Of a stretch of DNA of 64,000 bases, positions 17,231 to 27,309 are shown piece after piece. The translations under genes and the position numbers were made by a program. The notes beneath the pieces are model-generated. The model was not told the DNA's origin, made no database searches, and saw only the letters and a list, made by a program, of their open reading frames with translations. This DNA is from Nitrososphaerota archaeon (GTDB lineage: Archaea > Thermoproteota > Nitrososphaeria > Nitrososphaerales > JACQRY01), in assembly GCA_016184315.1 (NCBI GenBank), contig JACPCU010000014.1, forward strand, positions 64,724 to 128,723, in the 5' to 3' direction. Within the stretch, counting starts at the first letter, position 1. Each line of letters starts with the position of its first letter.

Positions 17231-17386
17231 CTAATTCTCCTCGAAGTCCACCTCAATAACAGCCTTCCTCGGAGACTCCACGCCCCTAAGAGGAGTTATG
17301 AGCCCTCTCACCACATTACCCACTATATCATTCACAAAGAGAGCAGTTTCCAGGACTTTTCCATCGACGGTTATCTTGACTTTCAA
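17231..17386 (-). CDS. Possible small beta-rich protein (51 aa from TTG)
   Basis: The open frame directly after the 17444 gene's stop reads (M)KVKITVDGKVLETALFVNDIVGNVVRGLITPLRGVESPRKAVIEVDFEEN*. It is below the track cutoff and the start is uncertain. Confidence 0.3.
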   Translation of the reverse strand: MKVKITVDGKVLETALFVNDIVGNVVRGLITPLRGVESPRKAVIEVDFEEN

Positions 17387-17443
17387 CGCAGAGCCCAGTC
17401 CCGCTGGCTTCGAGAAAAGGTTATCGCGAGACGTCTGTTTCCT

Positions 17444-17848
17444 TCAGAAAGGATGTTGAAAAAGAGCAGCCAGCCTCTTAGCCTCCGCAACCTTGATAGC
17501 AAACTCGGAAGCCCTCTTCGAGTCAAAAGGCAGATCCAGCTTACTGAAAAGCCTGTCCAAGATCACCATCTCCAGCTTCAGGGAACCCGCGCCGAAGATG
17601 GCGAAGAGAGCCTGATGGAACTGATCTAACCTATCCGGCAGATCCTCATCAGAGATGCCTGAGAACTTCCTAACATGGAAGAGCACGACTTCGCGGAAAG
17701 GTTCACCAAGAGACGACAAACCTTCGTTGATCGCCTCAACGACAATCTTGTTGAACGCCTTTCTTTCCAGCTTATAGGGGAGCTCTAAGTTCCTACTGTA
17801 CCCCTTGTCTTCTATCTGCAATGCGTACTCTGTCGACTGATGCATCAA
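17444..17848 (-). CDS. Hypothetical protein; paralog of 7543..7863
   Basis: 134 aa with AINEGLSSLGEPFREVVLFHV...FHQALFAIFGAGSLKLEMVILDRLF, colinear with the 106-aa protein of the KaiC operon. Confidence 0.5.
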   Translation of the reverse strand: MMHQSTEYALQIEDKGYSRNLELPYKLERKAFNKIVVEAINEGLSSLGEPFREVVLFHVRKFSGISDEDLPDRLDQFHQALFAIFGAGSLKLEMVILDRLFSKLDLPFDSKRASEFAIKVAEAKRLAALFQHPF

Positions 17849-18126
17849 GCTACTTATTACCTTTTTCGGTTAACCCAACTCGATATTTACTCTGAACAGT
17901 AACCATTATCTTGAAATAAATCATGACCTAGTTCCCATATCTTCAGCAATCCCACGCCCTACACCAGTCCCAACCTCCCAAGATCCACGACCAACTACTT
18001 CAAGAAGCACAGACATTTCCAGCAATAACAACATCAAAACCCATGATTTCATGCGAAAGGAAAACAAATCGGTCTTTGTCCAATAACGGTAAAACTTATA
18101 CACATCCCAGCGTCTACAGACATGCC

Positions 18127-19062
18127 ATGCCTGATGCGGAGAAACCGGATGCAGTACAAAAGATCTACAGATCATTATCGAACCTAGACTCAATGTTCCT
18201 ATTCAACCTCGCAGTAGAGGGAATAGAAGCAAGCACAGGAGCAGAAGCCAAATACGGCCTAACCCACAGGCGCTACTACAAACGCCTCAAAGAACTCACC
18301 GACAGCGGCCTCATAACAAAACAAGGAGGCAAATACGTGCACACAACACTAGGCTCAGTCTTCTACGAGAGCCAGCTCAAACCCCTACGCCAAATACTCC
18401 TCAAACGCGACACCATACAACTACTAGAGAAATTCAAATCCACCTCACCACCATCAGAAGAAGGCCCATCAAAAGCCCTCCAAGAACTAGAAGACATGCT
18501 CGGCATCTCAGACCTAAAACCTGTACGCATAATCAAAGAATGGGACGAAGTAGTGGCAACACTCCAAAGAAACATCGAAACCATGAACCACCAGCTCCTA
18601 ATAGCAACACGCTACGCCGACTTCAGAACAGTACAAAGCACTCTCCAAGCCCTCAAGAAAGGAGCCAAAATAAATGTGCTCCACGGCGACCGCGGAGGAA
18701 TAACCACCAAAGTACAGCTGATCGCCAACCTCCTCGCCCAAGGAGGCAGCTTCAAAAAATACCTTGAACTAGTCAAGAACCCAAACGTTGATCTAAGACA
18801 CTCCTATGTCCCCTACTCCTTCTTCATCATTGATGAAACATTCGTCGGAATCGAAATAGTGAACCCCGCCTCCCCCAACGACTTCTTCATAGGAATAAGC
18901 TTCGAAAACGCCGCCCTCGGACAAAAAATGTCCGAATACTTCAACATAATGTGGGAGAAAGCCCGGAAAGACCCCATGGACTCCTTCTTCGGCAAACCCG
19001 ACGAAGAAATACTGAAAGGCTTACTCGAACTCACCGCCAAACAAGACTCCACCTCCAACTGA
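18127..19062 (+). CDS. TrmB-like transcriptional regulator (wHTH plus PLD-like C-terminal domain)
   Basis: From ATG 18127. The wHTH reads GLTHRRYYKRLKELTDSGLITKQGGKYVHT. The C-terminal half (LLIATRYADF...INVLHG...YSFFIIDETFVGIEI) matches the TrmB C-domain pattern. Confidence 0.55.
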   Translation: MPDAEKPDAVQKIYRSLSNLDSMFLFNLAVEGIEASTGAEAKYGLTHRRYYKRLKELTDSGLITKQGGKYVHTTLGSVFYESQLKPLRQILLKRDTIQLLEKFKSTSPPSEEGPSKALQELEDMLGISDLKPVRIIKEWDEVVATLQRNIETMNHQLLIATRYADFRTVQSTLQALKKGAKINVLHGDRGGITTKVQLIANLLAQGGSFKKYLELVKNPNVDLRHSYVPYSFFIIDETFVGIEIVNPASPNDFFIGISFENAALGQKMSEYFNIMWEKARKDPMDSFFGKPDEEILKGLLELTAKQDSTSN

Positions 19063-19073
19063 GGCGAATCTGC

Positions 19074-19955
19074 TTGCTGAAAGGTGGCAGCCGATATGCC
19101 ACCTTTAGAAGCTATTTCGTACTGATCCGCTCAGAGAAACGAGTCGTCATATTCGTCTGGGCCCTATTCGCCTCCATCGTAATCGCATCAGGCAGAGTCG
19201 TAGACCCGACGAAAACCCTGATGGCCATAGTAGCCATGTATTGCCTAAGCCTATCAGTCTACCTGCTCAACGACCTAATGGACATCGATGAAGACAAAGT
19301 CAACTCGCCCAACAGACCCCTAGCCTCAGGCAAAGCCACCGAAAAGGACGCTTCGATCCTAATAGTCATAACCGGCCCCCTCTCTCTCATACTTGCCTAT
19401 CTCATAAACCCTCTAACGCTAATACTCTTCACCCTCGCCATGATACTCGGTTTGTCATACTCACTCCCCAAAGTAAGAGCAAAGGAAAGATTCCCCCACA
19501 AAGTCCTAGTAGCATCCGCAGGAGCAGCCATATCAAGCCTAACCGGCGGAACAGTAGCTGGCTCAATCTCACCAGGCGTCATCCTTGCAGCAGGCGTCTT
19601 CGCCCTATTCGCCCAAGTCACACTCCTCCTAGGCGACCTGGCCGACGTCAAAGGAGACATACTGAGAGGAATCAAATCCTTCCCCATAGTGCTGGGAAGC
19701 AAGATCACTTCCAGAATTATCCAAAGCATACCGCCAACAATCTTCACACTTACAATAGGCTTCCAAGTAGCCTTCTACCCGAGCATCACGACCCCCCTTC
19801 TGATCGGAGCACTATGCTTCTACTGCTGCGTCACAATGAAAGACTTGGCGAAGAAATGCACTGACTACGGGTTCTGCAGGCTGGTTAAAGGAAAGATGAG
19901 AACTGTGCATCTTGTGCTTCAGCTCTCCTTGATGATAGGAGCAGTAACCTTCTGA
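19074..19955 (+). CDS. UbiA-family prenyltransferase
   Basis: It has the motif NDLMDIDEDKVNSPNRPLASG (NDxxDxxxD) and about 8 TM helices. A TTG start at 19074 is proposed, because the longer track ORF overlaps the upstream gene. Confidence 0.8.
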   Translation: MLKGGSRYATFRSYFVLIRSEKRVVIFVWALFASIVIASGRVVDPTKTLMAIVAMYCLSLSVYLLNDLMDIDEDKVNSPNRPLASGKATEKDASILIVITGPLSLILAYLINPLTLILFTLAMILGLSYSLPKVRAKERFPHKVLVASAGAAISSLTGGTVAGSISPGVILAAGVFALFAQVTLLLGDLADVKGDILRGIKSFPIVLGSKITSRIIQSIPPTIFTLTIGFQVAFYPSITTPLLIGALCFYCCVTMKDLAKKCTDYGFCRLVKGKMRTVHLVLQLSLMIGAVTF

Positions 19956-20013
19956 TGCGAAACCTAAACAAATATCTCCAGTCACCTCCTCCACCCCCAT
20001 AGGCGCGCAAAAC

Positions 20014-21759
20014 ATGGCTAGAACCTCCGAAATGGCGGCGCAAATATCCAACTATGAGGCCGCAGCCTCCTTCTACGAACTCGCCTTCTACATGGATCTG
20101 GAGGACGACCCTTTCAGAGGGAGAGCCTACGAAAGGGCGGCCCGAGCCATCGAGTCATCCCCACAGTCAATCATAGCTCTATACAAGAAAGGAGGAGTAG
20201 ATGAACTACAAACCCTACCCGGCGTGGGAAAAGCCATAGCAAAGAAACTACAAGACCTATTCAAAACCGGCAGAATCCCCACCTTGGAGAAACTCCAAGC
20301 CAAATACCCCATCAAACTAAGCGAACTCCTCTCAGTAGAAGGCCTAGGACCAAGGAGAATCAAAACTCTCTACGAGAAACTCTCAGTGAAAAACCTCGAA
20401 GACCTAGAAACAGCCGCCAAAACAGGCAAGGTGAGGCAGCTGACAGGTTTCGGAGAGAAGACCGAGGAGAAGATCCTGCAGAGCTTGGAGTTCCTGAAAG
20501 CTGAGAAAGGAAGAATACCCCTCGCAATAGCCATACCCTTAGCAGACCAATTTCAACATGCCCTAGCAAGTGTAGAGGGCGTTGAAGAAGTCTACGTGGC
20601 TGGAAGCATAAGAAGAGGCAGAGAAACCATTGGCGACATAGATCTACTCGCCATAACATCTAATCCAAGACAAGTCATAGATACCTTCACGTCTCTCCCC
20701 CAAGTAGTAGCAGTACATCAGAAGGGCGAAGTCAAAGCCTCCATCAGACATAAATCTGGCATAGACGCCGATCTAAGAGTCATCCAAAAGGGAAGCATGG
20801 GCGCAGCCCTCATGTATTTCACGGGCAGCAAAGAACACAATGTCGCTCTGCGAACCATAGCGTTAAGTAAAGGCATGCACCTCAATGAATACGGCCTATT
20901 CAAAAAAGAAAAGAAGACCGCCGGCGAACAGGAAGAAGAAGTCTACAAGACCCTAGGCCTCCCATACATTCCACCGGAGCTAAGAGAGAACAGAGGCGAA
21001 ATAGAAGCAGCCTCCAAGAACAGTCTCCCACACCTAGTTGAGCTAACAGACCTGAAAGGAGACCTGCAGGTCCAGACCAGCTGGACCGATGGCGCCAACA
21101 GCATCACAGAAATGGTTCAAGCTGCGAAAACCTTTGGCCTAGAGTACATCGCGATAACCGATCACACAAAGAGCCTAGCTATGACTGGAGGCCTGAACGA
21201 AGAGAAACTCCGAACACAGATGAAGGAGATAGACAAGCTCAACCAGCAATCGGATGGCTTCAGGATCCTGAAGAGCGCGGAAGTAAACATACTGAAAGAC
21301 GGCAGCCTAGACATAGACGATCAAACACTTGGAGATCTCGATGCCGTAGGAGCAGCGGTTCACACCAACTTCAACCTACCCAGAGAAGAAATGACTCGGC
21401 GAATCATCAGAGCCATTGAGAATCCCAATGTGGATATTCTCTTCCACCCTACGGGCAGACTCATCGGGCAGAGGCCACCATATCAAGTAGACATAGAATC
21501 TGTGATTGAGGCAGCTAAGAGGACTGACACTATCCTGGAGATAGATGCTTATCCTGAACGCCTAGACTTGAAAGATGAGCATGCCCGAATGGCTGTAGAC
21601 AGAGGGGTGAATCTCTGCATAGATTCTGATGCTCATTCCAAGGAACAATTCCCCTATTTGCAGTACGGCGTTACGCAGGCTAGGCGAGGTTGGGCTGCAA
21701 AAGAAAGCATTGTGAATACTAGGTCCGTAGACGAGTTTCTAAGGTATGTGAAGCATTAG
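20014..21759 (+). CDS. polX: Family X DNA polymerase with C-terminal PHP domain
   Basis: 581 aa with an HhH region (LPGVGKAIAKKL) and the nucleotidyltransferase motif GSIRRGRETIGDIDLL. The PHP domain reads ITDHTKSLAMTGG...DSDAHS. Confidence 0.9.
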   Translation: MARTSEMAAQISNYEAAASFYELAFYMDLEDDPFRGRAYERAARAIESSPQSIIALYKKGGVDELQTLPGVGKAIAKKLQDLFKTGRIPTLEKLQAKYPIKLSELLSVEGLGPRRIKTLYEKLSVKNLEDLETAAKTGKVRQLTGFGEKTEEKILQSLEFLKAEKGRIPLAIAIPLADQFQHALASVEGVEEVYVAGSIRRGRETIGDIDLLAITSNPRQVIDTFTSLPQVVAVHQKGEVKASIRHKSGIDADLRVIQKGSMGAALMYFTGSKEHNVALRTIALSKGMHLNEYGLFKKEKKTAGEQEEEVYKTLGLPYIPPELRENRGEIEAASKNSLPHLVELTDLKGDLQVQTSWTDGANSITEMVQAAKTFGLEYIAITDHTKSLAMTGGLNEEKLRTQMKEIDKLNQQSDGFRILKSAEVNILKDGSLDIDDQTLGDLDAVGAAVHTNFNLPREEMTRRIIRAIENPNVDILFHPTGRLIGQRPPYQVDIESVIEAAKRTDTILEIDAYPERLDLKDEHARMAVDRGVNLCIDSDAHSKEQFPYLQYGVTQARRGWAAKESIVNTRSVDEFLRYVKH

Positions 21760-22664
21760 AGAGAGATGATGTAAGAACCTACAGCCACCAATATGCTTGC
21801 CAGAATGATTCTTACTCCAATGAACTCCATTCGCTGAATGAAGAAGTATGACCAAATCGCAGCGAAAATAGGGCTTAGAGAAGCAAACGGAGCTATGACT
21901 ACTATGGGTGAGAGGCTCAAGGCCAACATAAAGGCCAGAAAAGCGGCTGTCGTCACCACTCCTGACGCAAGGAAGTATCCCATAGATCTCCTGTCTGGGA
22001 CCACCGTGCCTGCACTTCTGAAACTGGGCAGAGCCATGACTGTTTGTGTAACTGCTGCAGCAGCAACAGTTAGAAAAGACGCGCTGAGTGGCGGATATTC
22101 ATCTACCATGAGTTTCGAGACAAGGAAACCGAAAGCCCAGATGACACTCCCGACAATCCCCATGATCAATCCTCTCCTAAGGTTATAGCCCAAGGGTTTG
22201 AGTCTCAGATCCATGGGGCTGAACAACAAGAAGGATATTGCTGCAAATATGATGATCGTCCCAACAGCCACATAGATCGTCATGGTCTCTCCTTTGAACA
22301 CAACGCCGAAGATTGACGTGAAAATGAGTTGTGTTGCGATGAGCTGGCTTGCCCGAGATGCTCCCAGACTCCTAATGGTTTCAAACAGAAATAGCCTCCC
22401 GAGATTAAAGTTGAACATTCCAGTCAACGGGATCAGGATCAAGGTGAAAGGAGTGATCTTCAGCCAAGCGTACTCTCCTGTGATTACTGTGGCGGCAAGA
22501 AGGATTGGAACAGCCGGTAGCAAAGTGTAGAGGATCGCGATCTGAACAGGCATATGCATGACTCCTTTCCTATAGAGGATCTTGCTGAAACCGAAGAGCA
22601 CACTGTTCACTAAGGCGAATGTTACTGCAAGTGCAAATGTGTCCGCCATGGCCTCTACTCTCAC
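21756..22664 (-). CDS. DMT/EamA-family transporter
   Basis: 302 aa with about 10 TM helices and a two-fold internal repeat typical of EamA. Confidence 0.75.
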   Translation of the reverse strand: MRVEAMADTFALAVTFALVNSVLFGFSKILYRKGVMHMPVQIAILYTLLPAVPILLAATVITGEYAWLKITPFTLILIPLTGMFNFNLGRLFLFETIRSLGASRASQLIATQLIFTSIFGVVFKGETMTIYVAVGTIIIFAAISFLLFSPMDLRLKPLGYNLRRGLIMGIVGSVIWAFGFLVSKLMVDEYPPLSASFLTVAAAAVTQTVMALPSFRSAGTVVPDRRSMGYFLASGVVTTAAFLAFMLALSLSPIVVIAPFASLSPIFAAIWSYFFIQRMEFIGVRIILASILVAVGSYIISL

Positions 22665-22727
22665 CTCCGACCCCAGCGAGGCTAAGTTAAACGTCTTTAC
22701 GCCTTGTCCATGACGCTACGCAGTCTG

Positions 22728-23495
22728 TTACAGAAATAGATCTCCGCCGTTAACTGCCAGTGTCTGACCTGTAATGAATTTACTCATATCTGATGCCAAG
22801 AATACTACTGTACCTACAACATCTTCAGTCTCCTCCTGTTTCGGCAAGCATCTTGCAGCTACCGCTTGATTCATCCGGTCCTCACCAGCCATAAGCATAG
22901 ACGCCTCCGTCAAAGTGAAACCCGGCGCCACCGCGTTGACATTGATCCAGTGCTTACCCAACTCTTTGGCAAGAGTCCTTGTGATCCCTATGACAGCTGC
23001 TTTAGACGCATTATAGTGAAGGAGCCCAGGGTTGCCTTTCAAAGGAGCCCCTGACGCAACATTGATTATTCTTCCTCCGCCCTGCTGCTTCATGTGCGGC
23101 GCCACCGCCTTTACGCATAGCCAAACACCCTTCACGTTCACCGACAATATGCGGTCCCATTCTTCGCTGGACAGCTGGTCGAAGGGAGTATACTTCAACC
23201 CGTAGAAGATCGCTGCGTTATTCACCAAGATATCTATTCTGCCGTACATCTTAGCGCAGGTCTCGGCCATGCTCTTTGTATCCTGCTCCTTGCTCACATC
23301 AACCTTGAATGGCGTAGCGTTTCCCCCACTTTTCCTGATTGCCTCAGCCACTTTGATGGCGCCCTCACCGTTGATGTCAGCCACCATAACTTTGGCTCCT
23401 TCCTCAGCGAACCTGTGGCAGTAAACCTCGCCTAATCCGCGGGCGCCGCCGGTGATTATCGCAACCTTATCCTTGAGAAGCATAGCTAACTGCAC
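22728..23495 (-). CDS. Short-chain dehydrogenase/reductase (FabG-like)
   Basis: The motifs are KVAIITGGARGLG (TGxxxGxG), NNAA and YNASKAAV (YxxxK). Confidence 0.9.
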   Translation of the reverse strand: MQLAMLLKDKVAIITGGARGLGEVYCHRFAEEGAKVMVADINGEGAIKVAEAIRKSGGNATPFKVDVSKEQDTKSMAETCAKMYGRIDILVNNAAIFYGLKYTPFDQLSSEEWDRILSVNVKGVWLCVKAVAPHMKQQGGGRIINVASGAPLKGNPGLLHYNASKAAVIGITRTLAKELGKHWINVNAVAPGFTLTEASMLMAGEDRMNQAVAARCLPKQEETEDVVGTVVFLASDMSKFITGQTLAVNGGDLFL

Positions 23496-23788
23496 CTATC
23501 AGCTGTGGATTTAAGCCTTCTAGAATGTTCTGATAACTCCTAGGAGTAAGTATATCATCCATTTGAAAAAACCAGAACCCCCCTAGGTTTCAACGATGCT
23601 TAACCTTCAAATCCTTCTCCGAATATAGATCTAATGAAGCTGAAACGAAGATGACAGCAGAGGATCTGTTATCACATAATTAGAGTCAACTTTGTACAGT
23701 AACACTGAAAAGATGTTCATATAGAATTATATTAATACTGAATATTGTCAAGGCTGGAAATACGGTCACAGGAATAGAGTGATGCAAC

Positions 23789-24031
23789 ATGGTTACGCAG
23801 GAGGGGATGACACTAGATTGCCGGGGATTATTCTGTCCTGAGCCATTGTTAAGAACCATCAGCACCATGGACGGAATAAGAGCAAACGAACAGTTGACGG
23901 TACTACTCTCCTCGCCAGCAGCCTTAGAGGACATCGCAGCTTGGGCTAAGGGCCGAGCTCAACTGATCTCCAGAGACAACAAGCAAGGCTACATCGAGGT
24001 CTTGTTGGAGAAACAGACGAGTTTATCTTAA
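23789..24031 (+). CDS. tusA: TusA/SirA-like sulfurtransferase
   Basis: 80 aa with LDCRGLFCPEPLL (the CPxP motif). Confidence 0.75.
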   Translation: MVTQEGMTLDCRGLFCPEPLLRTISTMDGIRANEQLTVLLSSPAALEDIAAWAKGRAQLISRDNKQGYIEVLLEKQTSLS

Positions 24032-24060
24032 TGCTTCTCTGACACCTATAAAATCAGGGA

Positions 24061-24804
24061 ATGGACTCATTCAAGTACATTCAAGCCAAATGGGTCTATG
24101 GGTATCATAGACCAGTAGATGCTATCGCGAAGCTAGGCATCAAAGATGGAGACTCTCTTCTCATAGTGGGCTCAGGCTTCGGGAAAACCGCCATGATGGC
24201 GGCGAAACGCTTCAAATGCAACGTGATAGGCGCTGAAATAGTTCCTTTCTTCGTAGAAAAGGCGAACAAACGGACCCATGAAGAAGGATTGAATGAAAGG
24301 GTCAACTTCATACAACTAGATCCCGTCAGCCCTTATCTTGATGTGGGTGCAGACAGGGTGTTCTTCGAGTCGTTCTTGAGCTTCTTGGAGAATCCTTCTG
24401 ATGTCCTTAGCTACTACTCAAAGAAAATAGGGGACGAAGGGAGGATAGGTGTGATGGAGATAACTTACCTGCCAAACGTTGAATCTGAAGGTCTAACCGC
24501 TCGTCTGAAAGAGTTTTTTGGGGAGGACGCTCATTTCAGAGACAGGGGATCTTGGTTAAACATTTTCCTTGAATCCAAACTCAACCGCGTAGCGGAAGAC
24601 GAGGCGCAGCTGAGTTTGATAAGAAAATTCTGGGAGGATTTTAGAGAGGAGCCTTGGGGTATCATCAGGGATCTAAGTAGAACCCTGTATCTTAGCTACA
24701 CCGAAGAGAAAGCAGGTAAGGCGATGAGGCTCTTCAGACGTTTCTTCAGAGAATACTCGGACAAGATGGCGTCCAGCTATTATCTGCTAGAGGCAAGCCG
24801 CTAA
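24061..24804 (+). CDS. Class I SAM-dependent methyltransferase-like protein
   Basis: LLIVGSGFGKTAMMAA is a GxGxG motif. It is followed by acidic-residue strands (VIGAEI; FIQLD). Confidence 0.55.
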   Translation: MDSFKYIQAKWVYGYHRPVDAIAKLGIKDGDSLLIVGSGFGKTAMMAAKRFKCNVIGAEIVPFFVEKANKRTHEEGLNERVNFIQLDPVSPYLDVGADRVFFESFLSFLENPSDVLSYYSKKIGDEGRIGVMEITYLPNVESEGLTARLKEFFGEDAHFRDRGSWLNIFLESKLNRVAEDEAQLSLIRKFWEDFREEPWGIIRDLSRTLYLSYTEEKAGKAMRLFRRFFREYSDKMASSYYLLEASR

Positions 24805-24822
24805 CTCCAAAGCAATCTAGGG

Positions 24823-27192
24823 TCAAGGCGTCTTACGCGCTTTAGCTAGCTTGAACAAGTAGTCTGGCTTCAACGTTGTCTCAGTTATTCTAATCTTCAG
24901 GGGGGCCAATGCATCTTCAATAGCTCCTGCGATTGCAGCGGCTACTGCACCAGGCCCTGATTCACCAACAGAGCGTGAGCCGTAGAGACTTACTGTAGAT
25001 GGCGTTGACAGGTGGCTTACCTCGATGTTTGGAACCGAGACGGCGGAAGGAATCATGTAGTCCATCAACGTGGATGTGAGGAGTTGCCCTTGGGAATCGT
25101 ATATCATTTCTTCCAGCAGACATCCTCCTAACCCTTGGACAAGGCCACCAATTATTTGTCCTTCAACCAGCTGCTTGTTGAGCAAGGGGCCAGCGTCATG
25201 AACTAGTGCGTACTTCAGAACCTTGACCTCCAAGGTCTCCGGATCTACTTCTACAACAGCCACGTCGGCGCCATTGCAGTAGACTCCGCTCGTCTCAACA
25301 GTTCTACCATCCCTCAGCTTTACTGTGGGCCTCTGATAACGGGCAGTGGCTTCAACAGGTTCTCCTCCATGGGCCGCCATTACCTCTTTGAGTGCAATCT
25401 CTTTGCCTAGAGACTTGCAAACCAGTTTACCGCCGATAATCTCTACGGAGCCAGCCGAAACCCCGAGCATTTCTCCAGCCATCGAAACAAGCTCTTCTCT
25501 GAGCTTTCTACACGCCTCGACAACCGCGAGCCCTCCCAGAGTAGTGCTCCTGCTCGCAAAGACGCCACCATACTCCGGGCACTTGTCGGTGTCGCCCATC
25601 ACAACCTCAACCCTGTCAGAAGAGACTCCCAGTTCTTTGGCTGCAACAGCAACGTAACTAGCATCAGCTCCGCTTCCAATTCGTGAACCAGCGATGAAGA
25701 CTGTCACCACGCCCTCACCGTCGATCCTGACCCTAGCTGCATCTTGGATAGGCGCGAAGACTCCACTCGCGTTCACTAACGGATCATCCATGGGAAAGAG
25801 GGTCTTCGTAGGTGTCGCTGACGCTCGCACATAGCAGGCTACCCCTATCCCTATGTGGCGCCCTTCCTTCCTTGCAGCATCCTGAAGTCTTCTGAAACTT
25901 GCGTAATTAGCCAGCCGTAACGCTTCTCCAAGTGAATCACGGAATTTGCCGGCATCGTAAACAGCACCAGTCGCCGAAACATACGGAAACTCTTCCTTTC
26001 GCACGAAGTTCTTCATCCTAACGTCGGTAGCATCCATCTTCAACTCTCCTGCAAGCTTGTCGATCATCCTCTCGAGCGCGAAGGTTGCTTCAGGAACACC
26101 GAAGCCTCTGTAAGCACCGAAAGGAGCCTTATTCGTAACTGCGGCAATCAGCTCAGCGTCAAGATTCCTGAAGCGGTAAGGTCCAGGCATGCTGTAAACC
26201 GTTACTAGGGCGGAGGCGAGACCACCATGGGGGTGCAGAGCATAAGCACCAAGATCGGCGGTGACTCTGTCTTTGAACCCGATGATTTCGCCATCTCTGC
26301 GTGCAGCTATCTGAACCTGATGTGTCTGTTCCCTTGCGTGGCATGATAACAAATTCTCGCGTCTGCTCTCTATCCACTTCACCGGCCTGTTGAGCAGCAT
26401 AGAGCAGAACACCACCACGACGTCCTCGTTAAACAGGTGGCTCTTCAGGCCGAACCCTCCGCCAACGTCTGGCGCCACCACCCTTACAGATGAAGGATGC
26501 AAGTTGAAAGAATATGCTAGGAGCAGTCTGATCTCATACACGTTCTGAGAAGAAGAGTAGAACGTAATCTTACGGTTGACCCTATCATAATCCGCCACAC
26601 ACCCCCTAGGCTCCATGGGGCAGGCAGCTTGGCGATGAATCCTAATTCTATCGTTGAGGAGAACATCCGCGTCATTGGAGGCCTTATTGTAATCACCGAA
26701 GCTGAAGTGCGCAGTAAAGTAGATGTTATCCCCCCAGTCATCATACAGAAGAGGTGATCCCTTTTCTACGGCCTTCTTCGCATCCATAACCGGAGCAAGA
26801 GTCTCATAGTCAACGTCTATCAGATCCAAAGCATCTTCAACAGTCTGCTCATCTTCACCCACCACGGCCGCGATGGGCTCACCAACATACCTCACCCTAT
26901 CTCTAGCCAGGTACGTATAACCTAGCTTACGAGCTCTAAAAGACTGCGCTTTAGGAGGATGCACAGGTACAGGCATAGGGCGAATCCTAGATGCCAATGC
27001 AGACGCGTCAAGTGCGAGCAGTATTCCCGCGAAACGAGAAGCCTTTTCCACATTTATCCTCTTGATCAAGGCATGTGAATAGGGGCTTCGCAGGAATGCA
27101 GCGCACGCAGTGTTTGGGAACGCCAGGTCATCGACGTATCCTCCCTTACCTACCAAGAACCGTCTGTTTGCGTCCATTGTGCTGGTGGCCAA
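24823..27192 (-). CDS. Xanthine dehydrogenase/aldehyde oxidase/CoxL-family molybdopterin-binding large subunit
   Basis: 789 aa with GKGGYVDD near the N-terminus, PFGAYRGFGVPE in the middle and SVGESGPGAVAAAIAGAIEDAL near the C-terminus. No small or medium subunit genes are adjacent. Confidence 0.9.
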   Translation of the reverse strand: MATSTMDANRRFLVGKGGYVDDLAFPNTACAAFLRSPYSHALIKRINVEKASRFAGILLALDASALASRIRPMPVPVHPPKAQSFRARKLGYTYLARDRVRYVGEPIAAVVGEDEQTVEDALDLIDVDYETLAPVMDAKKAVEKGSPLLYDDWGDNIYFTAHFSFGDYNKASNDADVLLNDRIRIHRQAACPMEPRGCVADYDRVNRKITFYSSSQNVYEIRLLLAYSFNLHPSSVRVVAPDVGGGFGLKSHLFNEDVVVVFCSMLLNRPVKWIESRRENLLSCHAREQTHQVQIAARRDGEIIGFKDRVTADLGAYALHPHGGLASALVTVYSMPGPYRFRNLDAELIAAVTNKAPFGAYRGFGVPEATFALERMIDKLAGELKMDATDVRMKNFVRKEEFPYVSATGAVYDAGKFRDSLGEALRLANYASFRRLQDAARKEGRHIGIGVACYVRASATPTKTLFPMDDPLVNASGVFAPIQDAARVRIDGEGVVTVFIAGSRIGSGADASYVAVAAKELGVSSDRVEVVMGDTDKCPEYGGVFASRSTTLGGLAVVEACRKLREELVSMAGEMLGVSAGSVEIIGGKLVCKSLGKEIALKEVMAAHGGEPVEATARYQRPTVKLRDGRTVETSGVYCNGADVAVVEVDPETLEVKVLKYALVHDAGPLLNKQLVEGQIIGGLVQGLGGCLLEEMIYDSQGQLLTSTLMDYMIPSAVSVPNIEVSHLSTPSTVSLYGSRSVGESGPGAVAAAIAGAIEDALAPLKIRITETTLKPDYLFKLAKARKTP

Positions 27193-27309
27193 ATTCAGGC
27201 TTCACGGCAAAACTATTTCTTATTTATTATCTGTGACGCCCAGATCAATAGAGCAGCATAGTCATCACTACCCACTCTCAGTGATTCCTAGCACAACATC
27301 GTGTGAATA

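Noticed and set aside
18951-19073. N-terminal 41 codons of the 334-aa track ORF for the UbiA gene.
   Set aside because: This part overlaps the TrmB-like gene in another frame and is Arg/Thr-rich junk. A TTG at 19074 gives a normal-length UbiA protein.
23496-23788. AT-rich intergenic region, considered as a replication origin because the strand skew changes sign somewhere in the middle of the window.
   Set aside because: I could find no repeated ORB-like boxes. No orc1/cdc6 gene is nearby, and the skew is patchy rather than a single switch.
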